Source: Antedon mediterranea (taxonomy: Eukaryota > Animalia > Echinodermata). From it: a stretch of 64,000 nucleotides of DNA. Position numbers and translations under genes: made by a program. The notes beneath the pieces are model-generated. The model worked only from the letters and a program-made list of their open reading frames with translations. It ran no database searches and was not told the origin of the DNA. Shown piece by piece: positions 51,378-63,347 of the stretch. Each line of letters opens with the position of its first letter. Positions within the stretch are counted from its first letter, which is position 1. The stretch spans positions 31,254,437 through 31,318,436 of the forward strand of contig NC_092672.1 in assembly GCF_964355755.1 (NCBI RefSeq), written 5' to 3'.

Positions 51378-54300
51378 ATGTCTGAGGGCCAGGAACATCA
51401 TATTGAGACCGAAGAGGCCCCAGAAAAAAAGGTCGTCGGTATGTACAATTCAAAATTTCTAATTTATAAGTTATACAAAATATTAAATTATTGATTTTAA
51501 TGTTAGGCTGTCTTGAATTGTTGGCCGTGGTGCTCTCGCGAACGACTCGGTTTAGTTCGTCAACACGTCGGCAGCGAATCGATCGCGGATTGGCTCTGGC
51601 ACTCGTCGAAAACAATTTTAGCTTTTATTGGGGTTTTATTTTACAGTAAGAAATCATTAATTTGATTATACTGTATTAGTCTTTTTAAGTACATTATTAT
51701 TATTAGTTTATAGTAACCATTTCTAAAATTTATTATTTGGTTGATAAATAATCGGCATCATCATCAGAAAATACAGTCATCAGAAATGCCAAGCATTCTT
51801 TCATCTACTTTGCTGCATGCTGCAACAGCAAAACTATTTTGGTTTTTTGTCGACCAATTGATTGACTGAATTTACATTTGTCCATCCATGTTTGGTCTTC
51901 CAACAATTATTTATAATTCATTATTAATAATAAATGAAAATCATTAATGTTATTAACAACATTAAAGTTGAATTTGTTTATAAATTATAAAATCCATTTA
52001 TTTATTTATCAAAATATTATCTCAGCATGTTTTTAAAAATATTTATTTTACATATTGTTTATGTTTCATTTAAGGAAATATTACATTTAATGTTAAAATT
52101 TCAATAAAATAGTAGCTATCAATGTTCAATACCCAGTAAAAATATTTTTGTTTTAATTTCTTTGTTTATTTAGGGCCTAGTTTCTTACATTTTTATGTAT
52201 TTTTTCTAGCTTTAAGATGAATTTAATAAGATAATGGAAACCATAAGTTCAAAATTATAATTTAAAAATTCTATAAATTGGCTAGAGGGTGAACTCATAA
52301 TGTTATAGTTCAAAAAGTAGAGGGTGAACCACACAATGGTGGCTGCAAACGACCATTCACCACGCAGTCCCTCACAATGCCTGCACGTGCAATGCTAGAG
52401 TTGGACTTTACGAAACACTTCCCTCCCCTCATATTTCATAAAATCCCTGTAACGCGAGACTAAGAAATTACTTTTCTTTTCATTGTGATTAACAATATGA
52501 GTATATAATATAAGGAGTTCACTGCTTTATATACTAAATAATATTTATGGCAGCCATTTCGAGCGGACCCCCTCCTGTTGGAATCACCTCTTGTGACTAT
52601 AGTGGACGATCTAGTACTTATATGCTTACACGCGTAGTATGATCTATGAAAATAACCTTAAAGTTCAGAGTTCAAAGTAACCGATAAAAATATATTTCTT
52701 TTACAGCCACCAAAGTCTCTGGAACCGTAAAATGGTTTAATGTCAAGAATGGATATGGTTTTATCAACAGGTAAGTTTAGTCACATAAAACCGCTCGGTT
52801 TCATTGAAAATCTGCTTTTAATTTTAATGCATTCAATATTCGCGAATCAATACTATATTTGCATGGTGTTCACATTCTGCATAGGTGCCATTGTGGAATA
52901 TGGAAAGTCTGTTGGACTTTGAGTGTTTTCATTGTTCATATATTATTGATTGTTCCTAACAACCTATTGTGTTGAATACTATCTTTAAACGGGTTGTCAC
53001 CTTGTTTTATTTTGTTTAGTAGTTTTGTAAGTATAGAAATACTGTATTAAATTCAAAATATTACTTGAATTTAGGTTACATGTTTAATTTGACCAGTTTA
53101 AAAAATATTAGTCAACTGGAGGAATAATATATCTATAGAGGGCAGTAAAGTAATATTATATTTGGTTAAAGATGTCCCCCAAAAACATGAAAAATTAGGA
53201 TTAATTTAACGTTAGTCACTTCTATAAAAAAAAATTTGAAAATACAAAATAAACAAATACATTTAACCAAAAAGCTTGACTATTTCTTTGCGCTTTTTTT
53301 TCAGCTAAAGCTAAATAAAAATTTTTTTTTCGATCCACTTTTTGGTCAAAATTGGTAACTATTATTTTTTTTCCAACAGAGATGATAATAAAGAAGATGT
53401 TTTTGTACATCAGGTAAGTTGAGAAAATGTTGATTTTTAACTTTATTGAATGTATTGTAGGTAACCCCCTACTTGTCTTGAAAGATGCATATGAGTATTA
53501 TTTTGTACCTGGGACCTACGGTTCATATGACTTCTAGAACCATGGAACGAATGAGCCTTGAACCCATGCCATGAGACTACGGTTTCACTTTAACCGCTCG
53601 GCTACTCCTTGGATTCTACAGTATTTACCCTGATAGTTATAATTAACATTTTCAACAATGTTACTTTATAGACTGCAATTAAAAAAAACAACCCAAAGAA
53701 ATATCTACGCAGTGTAGGAGATGGCGAGGCTGTAGAATTTGACGTTGTAGAGGGCGACAAAGGCACAGAGGCTGCCAACGTCACAGGGCCAGATGGTGCC
53801 CCTGTCGAGGGCAGTAAGTATGCTGCTGAGAGACGTAACTTCCGCCGGCGGTATTACCGTAGACGGCGCCCACAGAAGGAGAATGGAGAGGTGGGCGAAG
53901 GAAGCGCAGGTGAGGGTGAAACATCCGAAGGAGGTGGAGATGGTGAGAAAAAGAATGTCCGCAGAAGAGGACGAGGTGGTGGAAGGTATCGCGGAGGAGG
54001 ATACCGCAGATATCGTGGTCCACCTCGTAACCGCTCCGAAGATGATGACGATAAGGAGGTAGGGTAGCCTATATTTTCACCATTCTTTCCATATACCACT
54101 TCTTTACTTGTACTGTAGTAAGTTAATAATATCATTAATTTGTAATGGACAATTTTTGTTAACATGCCTGTTATACAGTCCTGGATCCAAATCCTTGTAT
54201 GAGTTTGTTTCCTATCCTATGATTGACCAGGATAGGATGTAAATAATAATAAACTAACTAAAAAAACCACCAATAAAAATATTTGTTTCTATAGAATCGA

Positions 54301-55079
54301 GAAGAGGGCGAGGATAGAGATAACCAATCTGAGCAAAGACCTCGCCGAGGTGGGTACAGAGGTGGTCGTGGTGGCCGAGGTGGTGGTAGAAATCGCAGAT
54401 ACCGAGGACCACCGCGTAACGATGGTGAATTGGCTGATGGTGATGAGGAAAATCGGGCCCCTGCTGACGGTGAGAAGCGTGGACGGCGCCGAAGATTCCG
54501 TCGTCGACGTGGACCTCCAAGAGAAAGCAATGAACAGAAGGAGGGGGATGAGGTATGTTACTATCAAATCTCTGTCATCGTTTAAATATCTCTAACTTGG
54601 CTGAATGTGGACATTACAATGTCCGTTAGCCTTTATCAAGAATAATACAATTATTTAGACTAGTACATTGTCAACACATACATGTGATGTTGTTTGATTC
54701 TAAATTTAGAGCATGTTTTATGCAATTTAAACTTTTTCATTAAAGGCCAATGTACACAGACGGACAGTGACGGTAATACAAATATAGAATTTATGTTATT
54801 CCTTATGACCATTTACACAAAGCATGGAGCGGACGGTTTCCGCTAAGGATACAGATTCTATGTGGGATAAGCTACGCGGTTTTCCGCTTACCGTCACTGC
54901 TGTAAATTGGCCTTAACTGTAATATTGTGGAATCGAAGCCATGAGAAGAAGTACAAATGTTCACTTAAATTGTTTTTATTTTGCAGGGAGGTCATGATGA
55001 TACCACAATTACACCAGTGGCATCCGTGATTGAGCCCGACAGCAAGCCAATAGAAAATGGCGTGACTGCCAGTGAATAG
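51378..55079 (+). CDS. YBX1: Y-box binding cold-shock-domain protein (298 aa, 6 exons)
   Basis: Exons 51378-51438, 52707-52770, 53380-53413, 53672-54058, 54295-54552, 54987-55079. [50 protein letters not shown] followed by alternating Arg/Gly and acidic blocks. Probably the single pro-orthologue of YBX1/2/3. Confidence 0.95.
54744..54913. mobile_element. Harbinger-like MITE
   Basis: TAA|AGGCCAATGTACAC...CAGTGACGGTAA ... TTACCGTCACTG...TGTAAATTGGCCT|TAA. Confidence 0.7.
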
Positions 55080-57126
55080 GATGTTATAGCCCATCTTATG
55101 AGTAACATGTCACGAGGAATTATTAACAGTTACTCCGTACTACATGGTTAATTTAATACCAACATTATTTTAAAAAATCAATTTTACTTTTTTTCTGAGA
55201 CGTTCTCCAATTTTTGAACAGAAAAGATAATAAAAAAAAATAGAAAAACTTGTAAAAAAAAATATAAGCAATAATTTCTACAATTCTTTTGTACTGAAAA
55301 ACCAACAAATAAATTTCATGAATTCAAACTTTAGAAGTTACTAAATGAAAAAGGAATCTTTTTATACACATTACTTGCTCTTAAAAAGTTAATTTTCTCC
55401 ATTTTTGTTTGTAAGACCTTTTTTTTTTGGAGTACAGAAATTAATAGTTCTAAAAGATAGAGCTGTTCTATATAAGAGTCTATCCCGGAATTCTTGTAGA
55501 TGTTTTCGAATTAGAATTTAATTCTATAGTTATGTTTGATAACACATTAAATAGCTTGTCAAGTGATATTTCTTGTTCAGTTGACCACTTGCAAGATGGC
55601 TCTTTTTCATTTGCAAAAAGCTTTTCTGTTTCGTTCTGTTGATCTAATTAACATCTATACAATTGTTTACTAGTCAACATGTGCTCAGTAAGGGCGTGAT
55701 GAATAACACCATTAAAGAAAAAATATTAGAAATGGTTTCGTTTTGTCTTTAATTTATTCGCACAAATACTACGTCACTCGCACTACCATTTTGTAATTTT
55801 CCAATACAAGAGCGAATAGCTGCGATTTTCATTCCCATTCGTGTCTGCTGACCTGTTCGATTCGCATTAGTGCTCATAAACGTGTCTTAACTCATTTCCG
55901 GAACTGTTTTTCGCTTAGTTTGAAACTATAGAGTGCTGACGTCACCACTGTACGTGGCGCTGCATGGTTGCTAGCCAACCAAAAAATGTGTTTAACCTGC
56001 CTGAGTGACTCTAATGTCACCAATGGTTTGAAATAGGCTTATTGAAGTAGTCATTTTAAATCTTAATAATTTTAAATAAAAACAAATTAAAAATTTCAAA
56101 AGATCATTAATTATTTGTTTTTAATCTATTTATTCTTCAACTACAGTTTAAGTTTAAAAAAATCAAGCTAAGATACATAATTTGATCGAAATACAGATTT
56201 ATACAGTTTATCAACATAGTAGCATTGAATGCATTTTTTGGTTGGCTAGCAACCATGCAGTGCCACGTACCGTATTTATGTACATTTGTGGATATCATAC
56301 TAGTGAATTTTGTTTTTTTAATGTAGTGAGTTTTCATTTTACCATGTTCCTTACTTACAGTTACACCGCAGAACTCTATAGTAGTAATTTCGCTGCATTT
56401 ATAAAGGAAATTGGAAAATGCATAAGATGGAGGTTTCGATTCGTGTGAATAAAATTGCCTAGTGGTCAAGAGGCTTTAAATTAAAAGAAAACCGTACAAT
56501 ATACTTTCATCATTTTTATTAAAAATTGTTTGCAGGAACACATTCTGTTTTCTTGTTGGTAAAAGGGAACTATAGAGATTATTCCAATAGAAAACTTTAC
56601 ATTATCGTACTGAAGAAGATAATAGTGAGCTTTTGATGGTTAGGATACAGTAATTTATACAAAATATTAATCTGCGTATGCATATAAAACCTGTATACTC
56701 TGTTCGTTCTTATCGCAAATTTCCTTGGTTGATTTAACGTTCTCTGATGCGAAAGCTCCCTAATAAATACATGCACGGTTGACTTCCACGCAGTACTTTT
56801 ATAAAGACATACATTTCGCGAAAAATTGTAATCTTGTTAATTAATGAACTACTATGTTAAGGCTAAACATTAGTGTCTCTTTGTTAAAAAACACAAAAAC
56901 TCCATTTCCTGCGCGTAGTGTCTAGTCACTCGACTGACATCTGCATGGTTGTTGACTGTACCGAAAATCACGTTTGTGTAGGATACCATTTTAACATGAG
57001 AATTCAAACTGTAAATAGTGGACTCTCAAGAGAGTGCCGATCTTTATGATTAAGGTAAATAGTTCAATCCTCATCTGCTTGTAAGGTCTCCAAAATGTTC
57101 ATATTCATTTGGTTGTCTGTTTTTTT

Positions 57127-60100
57127 TCACATCTCCCCGCATTGCGTAATTACTACAGGAATTTTCGGTCTGTTATTAGACCCAACAGGAATGTTCTGAA
57201 ATTATTTAATTTATATAATTTGATTAATTATTATAAATAATTTAAAGCACTCAGAAAATGAGTGTAGTACTTGGTAAAATATATCAGTGAAATGTATATA
57301 CAGAGAGAGAGGGGACTCATCATTATACAGAGGGCATGCTATATTTAATATTTCAGCAAGATACAGGTAAGTTAAATTTGTGACATCACTATTGCATCAA
57401 TTTTCCTTGAAATCAATATATAACTGGACGATGAATTAAAAATTCTGGACGCTATCGTGCAAGCAAAGTACTCTATGTATTGTTTGAAGGTTTGCATAGC
57501 AAAATTAAATGTTGATATAAAGTTTGCGGTACACCACAGATAATAGTTCTGAAAAGAACTGTTGAGTTTCTCGACGTTTTGATCAATATGCTTTGATCTT
57601 TCTCCTCTAACTCCCAAGGACGATCAAAGCATATTGAAACTCATAAGAAACTCAACAGTTCTTTTCAGAACTAATATACGTGGTATACTGCAAACTTTAT
57701 ATCAACAAAGTACTATACTTTTACCAAGTAAATAATGATTAATCATTACACTACAAAAAGATACTTACCTCAATTTTTCTCATAACTAATAAGCCATCGA
57801 TAACTTTGCCAAATACAACGTGTTTACTGTCAAGAAAATCACACTTTGCGCAAGTGATAAAGAACTGACACCCATTAGTACCAGGTCCGGAATTAGCCTA
57901 AGTAAATAAAAAGTAAACAAATCATAAGGTTCCGAATGAGTGGTGTTGTGGCTTGGTGGTTATGATGCTTGCCTACCAATCCAAGGGTCCTGGGTTCAAG
58001 TCCTGTCATGTCAGGTTTCTTTTTCTAATGACAATTTTAACTTCACTCCCAAAGATTTGTAATAAGACTTCGTTTATGTAAAGCATCTTGTGTAATATTT
58101 GTTTTATGAACAGGATTGCTACCTGAATAATGAATGAATTCACTTATGGTTATCCTCAGCAATTTGCCTAAATATATAAATTTCTAAATTTAATTTTTTT
58201 TTTTTAAACTTCAAGTCTGTTGGTTGCAAGGATATCTACAGAGAAGTTCGTTTTTTTACAAAATGGACAAAATCATCATAACTAGGTTACATTCTGTTTA
58301 CCATCAATTCTCCTGCTGGCCTCTAGTTTGAATTTCGGGCAAAAGCGGGTTTGTTCAAACACTCAACCCCTCCCACTGACTAGGGTCCTGAAGTGTAGGG
58401 GTGGGTTTCAAAAGTTAGGGTACTGTTGGTGAAAAAAAACTATTTTATAATAATATAATATAAACACAACAGGCACAGAATATTAATTCTAAACCACTCA
58501 GTAAGTTCATACTGAAATTTAATCAATTTATTTAAAATGATAAAGATGAGGAAATCTGTGAGAATGAGAAAAGGTGCAGTCTCCATACCCACCACAATTT
58601 ATTAATGTAATTGTGTTTTAAAATGTTTATTACTCTTATTCTATTGGGCGTCTAGAAAACTCAGATCTCAGATATATCTGAGTTTTCTAGATCTAGAAAA
58701 CTCAGCTATATCGGAGATCTGAGTTTTCTAGATCTGAGTTTTCTAGACACCCTATTCTATTTTATAATATACAAACCATTGACAGAAGACCAGGGGAATC
58801 GTGCTTTAATTTAAAATTCTCATCTGCAAAAGAAGTGCCGTAGATACTGCTCATTCCTGTACCATCACCCTAGGTAAATAATAAAAAAATTAAAACAACA
58901 TGAAACAAGTAACTTTAATTTTAGTTTTTATGTAGATACATAGACGGATCCAGTGGGGAAAGGGAAAGCCAGCCCAGGCAGCAATTTTTTTTCCGTACAT
59001 AAGTTGGGGACCCTACCCTTTATGTGAAAGATAGCCGGACTACTTCCTAAATATAACTAAACCTAATCGTCTAAATAATCTCTCTCACTATAAAGTAAAA
59101 AGAAGTTGCTCATCATCACATAAACACTATGAGAGGAGGCAGCCTATATGAGTAATTACTCTTTGCCTCCTTATTTCACTAAGGTAAGCATCAATATTGT
59201 AAGCATCGGATTCGAACCCCATACATCGACATGCAAAGTTCATAGTCTAATCCACTTGACTAGACAGACAGCTCAACAGAAAGCATTTGTATTAGTAAAT
59301 TGTTAGCTCCACACCTTATGGATATGATTAATAAATATTCATGTTTCAGTAATTACAATGCAAATGATAGGACCTAAGTGCAGAACAATGGAGATTCAGA
59401 GGGTAATTCCTGGTACCGTATCGGGCTAATGATTGCTTTTTAGGGTATTGAAATAAATCAAACAAAAACCAACTGTTTAACTATTGATAATGATTAACAA
59501 ACTAGAAGACATTTTTGTTTAATACAGCATAACTTAACTTTTTTTTTAGGACACCCTATTAAATGGACAATTTTCTGTGAAATGAACAAGGGGCAATATA
59601 TTATGTTTTAACACTTTGACTTATAGTCTCTATTCATGGGACACTCCTATTATGGCGACACTTTTGGGTTCGTGAGGTGTCCCTTAATAGAGGTTTTACT
59701 GTATACCTTGACAAAGTCACCGCCTTGTATCATGAAATCCTTTATAACTCGATGAAACGTTGCTTTTTTGTAGCCAATAGGAACTCCGTCTTTTCTATAA
59801 AAAAAAATCTAAAACTTTAAATCTTAATACCACCATGGTTCTATGTCAAAGGCCTTTTAGTTTTTTTAATAGCTTGTACCAAGTTATTTATCAAGAACTT
59901 GTACATTTAGTTTAATGTACAGAGGAAGAACACTTAAGCGTGGTTCCCACTAGCGACGCAACACAAGGACTCAACGCAACGCAAGTGAATTGACCAATCA
60001 CAAGCGATGGCTTATTCGCTTGTGATTGCTAACTGTCTATAACTTCGCTTGTGATTGCTAACTGTCTTTAACTTCACTTGTTAAAACGCTTGCGTTGCGT

Positions 60101-63100
60101 TTACGTCCTTGCGTTACGTTCTAGTGGTAACCAAGCTTTAACGTCCAATCTGAAGAGCCGGACAATGAGAGTAATGCACATAAATAAGATGGTACAGACA
60201 GGTATTCAGTTTATGTTCATGTGACCAATTTTCTTTGTGAATACAGTTAATAAATAAAATACTGTATACGTCAATACTAATTCAATGGTACAGTATAAAT
60301 ATCAATGATCTTTTGGTTCCAAATTCTATTCCATTTGTGAAAATTCAAAATTTTTTCAAATTCAAATTCAAATATTCTTTATTCATCCTCTATCATGAAA
60401 ATATACAACAACAAAATATGAGAACATAAAAAAGATGAAAAGGAAACACATAAAAACTCAAAAGAGCTTGATTAGTTGTGTCCCCCTATGTCCCTAACTA
60501 GCCTAAAAAACTAAAACATAAATAATAAAAAAGCTAAATCCTGCAACAAGTATAATTTTTAAAATTATTTGTAAAATGATAATAAATGTTCTTTAAACAA
60601 TGATTTAAATATATATATTGATTTGGTACTTTGTAGTTCGTAATTCAAGTCATTCCACAATTTGGGTCCCACACATGACACAGTAAAACTAGTAGAAGTA
60701 CGATTACGTTTTCTGAGTCTCATTTTGTCTTTAGATCTTGTATTATAATTATGGTAAGAACCATTTTTAATAAAGAGCGATGAAAAACGCACGTCCTGAT
60801 TAGTAGTAACATTATACATGAAAAGCCCAATTTGGTACTTATTGATATTCGCAATTTTAAGAAGTTTAAATTTATAGAAACATTCAGTCATTGAATCATT
60901 AAACTTTGACCATGTTATAGCTCGTAATGCCCTTTTCTGGAGTTTAAATAACTCATCTAAATAACTTGGAAATGTGCTACACCATATTATGTTGCAATAA
61001 TTTAATACTGGTTCAATGAGTGATTTGTATATTGTCCAGAGAGCATAGGTTGGTAAAAAATGTCTTACTTTATATAGTATGCCTACATATCGAGATATTT
61101 TCCTAGCTGTAACATTGATGTGGTTCTTATATGTGAGAAATTCATCAATATGTACTCCAAGGAATTTAGTCGATTTAACTCTATCTATTCTTTTATTGTT
61201 GACATAAATATTTACATTCTCTAAATTACTTGGATTTCGCTGATTGCGGAAAATTATGTAATTAGTTTTTTTAACGTTGATTGATAGTTTATTGCACATG
61301 AACCAATCCGAAACATTTTTTAGTTCACCATTAACTAGTTCTATGAGCGTATCCAAGTTTTCGTGAGATGCAGATATGTTTGTGTCGTCAGCAAATAAAA
61401 CAAAAGATAACGAGTTTGAGCAATTAAATACATCGTTAATGTACAAAATAAAAAGTAGAGGCCCCAGAATTGAACCCTGTGGTACACCGCAATTTATATC
61501 CATCAAACACGAACTTGTGTTATCAATAGACGTAAATTGTTTCCTTCCACTAAAATAAAAATATATAAAATTGATATCACTGTACACAAATTAAATATAA
61601 TTCACACGTCTTTGTAAATCATCCAATACTGTACAATAAGATTACATAATATTTAAATTACTAATATATTTACTTATGTTCTCCTGTACAAAATTGTCTG
61701 AAATTTTCTGCTGTTTTCGGTACGACATCTGCAAATAGCTCCATCTTCATACGGCCTATTTCCTGTAATTGAATTTTGAATAATTTAATATAGTCGAGTC
61801 GCATTTTATACACCGCGATATAATAATTAATATAGCTTAGTTATTTCTATGTCAAAGGCCTTTTAGTTTTGTGATTGCTAACTGTCTATAACTATTATAT
61901 TATATTATATTATAGTTGCGGACTCTCCAGAAGGTGCAAAATTGGGCAGCTCGCTTGGTGATGTGTGCCAAGAAGTATGATCACGTCACACCATTGTTCA
62001 AAGAGTTAAATTGGCTACCCATGGAGTCACATGTTAAATTTAAGATCCTGCTGCTGGTGTTCCGATGCCTAAATAGTTGCGCTCCAAAATATCTCTCAGA
62101 ATTGTTGACAGTCAAGAAGGGAAAGCGAGAACTAAGATCTAGTCATCAGGTGCTACTGGACATTCCAAGGAGCAAACATAGTTGGGGAGATCGGACTTTC
62201 AGTGTTGCTGGATCTAGGCTCTGGAACCACTTACCTTAAAGCCCCATTCCCTACGTTTTTTAGATCTAATTTAAGATCACAAACTATATTTAATGTAAAA
62301 ATAATACTATATGGTCCTATTGCGATAACTTTTTTCGTCTTTAAACGGTTAAAAATGTGAAAAATAAATCGATTCTAATAATTATAGCGGCCCGCTATAA
62401 ATCCCAAAATGCATTACGCGCGGATTGATATTTTTGTTTTTCACCTGTAATTCGCCCACGTTTCGATCGATCGTGAAGCCAAAACAAATGGAAGACTCCT
62501 AACTTTTCAGCGAAAATACCGGGTTTTCCCCAATTTGTATCAACGGAGTCTGGCAAAAATAGAAAGACAATTAATGCAGCAATTATACAACGTCAGGCTA
62601 GGTATATAGCTAGCGTACGATGTTCGTACGTTATCGATGTTTACCAGCTAGGCCTACAAAACTAAGCCTAGCTAGGCTAGGCCTAAGACCGTCCACGAGA
62701 GGTCGATCGCCGCGAGCTACTTAGGTAGTGCATTGTTTCTCACTTTTTATCATAATTTACCATAAAACGTACATTTAAGACAAGGAATGACATGGTTTAA
62801 TGTTTTTAAAGTGATATATATGTATTAATTTCCAAAAAACGTCCAAAATTGCAGGGAAGGGGTCTTTAACATTAAACACACATCATTATTGAGTCACTTT
62901 AAGTCACTACTCAAAACTCACCTTTTCTGATTTTTTTTTTTACAGCGCCATGAGCAATGAATGTTGGAATGGCGCTATATAAATCGAACGATTGATTGAT
63001 TGATTGATTCTTCTACTTAATAAACTTAGTCTTATAATATTCATAACGTTTTAATTTAAATTCCCAGCTAAGATTGAGTACTGTACTGTAAATAGACCGC

Positions 63101-63347
63101 GACCAAAAGTATTCGGTTACTGTGGTAGGGATTTCCATTCATCTTACGCGGCATTGTGCTGTGTTGTGTGTCTGTCTTATTGATCCTTACTACAATAAAT
63201 ATAGGCCTACTAGCTAGGCCTAGCTTAGGCCTTTTATTTTTTAATAATATAAGGTCTACTTTCAACTTTGTAACTTACTTGCCCACCGATTTCAATATCA
63301 ACGAATACAACAGGATTGTCTGGATTTGAAGCTTGTACTTTCTGCAT
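57127..63347 (-). CDS. PPIH: Peptidyl-prolyl isomerase H (cyclophilin H; 178 aa, 6 exons)
   Basis: Exons 63347-63279, 61762-61674, 59794-59707, 58869-58777, 57897-57769, 57195-57127. Motifs [29 protein letters not shown]-terminal QCGEM. Confidence 0.95.
57510..57707. mobile_element. Inverted pair of the Penelope-like fragment
   Basis: 57510-57598 and 57616-57707 are inverted copies of the 30968-31075 sequence. Confidence 0.6.
57938..58175 (+). mobile_element. tRNA-derived SINE
   Basis: TGGCTTGGTGG A box, GGTTCAAGTCC B box; body shared with 7935-8070. Confidence 0.75.
58642..58755. mobile_element. Palindromic MITE-like element
   Basis: gggcgtctagaaaactcagatct...agatctgagttttctagacaccc; partial copy at 34005-34031. 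Confidence 0.6.
59937..60137. mobile_element. MITE family B copy
   Basis: AGCGTGGTTCCCACTAG...CTAGTGGTAACCAAGCT with an internal 30-bp duplication. Confidence 0.75.
60355..61551 (-). mobile_element. 5'-truncated LINE (CR1/L2-group, Crack/Daphne-like) in a PPIH intron
   Basis: Open frame 61551-60565 with [37 protein letters not shown]; (TTTGAA)n tail. Confidence 0.9.
61915..63010 (+). mobile_element. 5'-truncated L2-type LINE interrupted by a MITE
   Basis: [12 protein letters not shown]...[13 protein letters not shown]...RLWNHLP, resuming after 62869 as [20 protein letters not shown], then an AGCGCC...GGCGCT stem-loop and (GATT)n tail. Confidence 0.85.
62240..62865. mobile_element. Kolobok-like non-autonomous DNA transposon
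   Basis: TTAA|AGCCCCATTCCCTAC...GCAGGGAAGGGGTCT|TTAA: TTAA target duplication with AG...CT termini. Confidence 0.75.

Noticed and set aside
53781-54595. Several overlapping ORFs on both strands
   Set aside because: Alternative frames of the GC-rich YBX exons.
57938-58010. tRNA gene (also 8995-9060, 15490-15566, 24790-24865, 59205-59265)
   Set aside because: A and B boxes are present but there is no acceptor stem or cloverleaf; these continue into, or match, SINE bodies.
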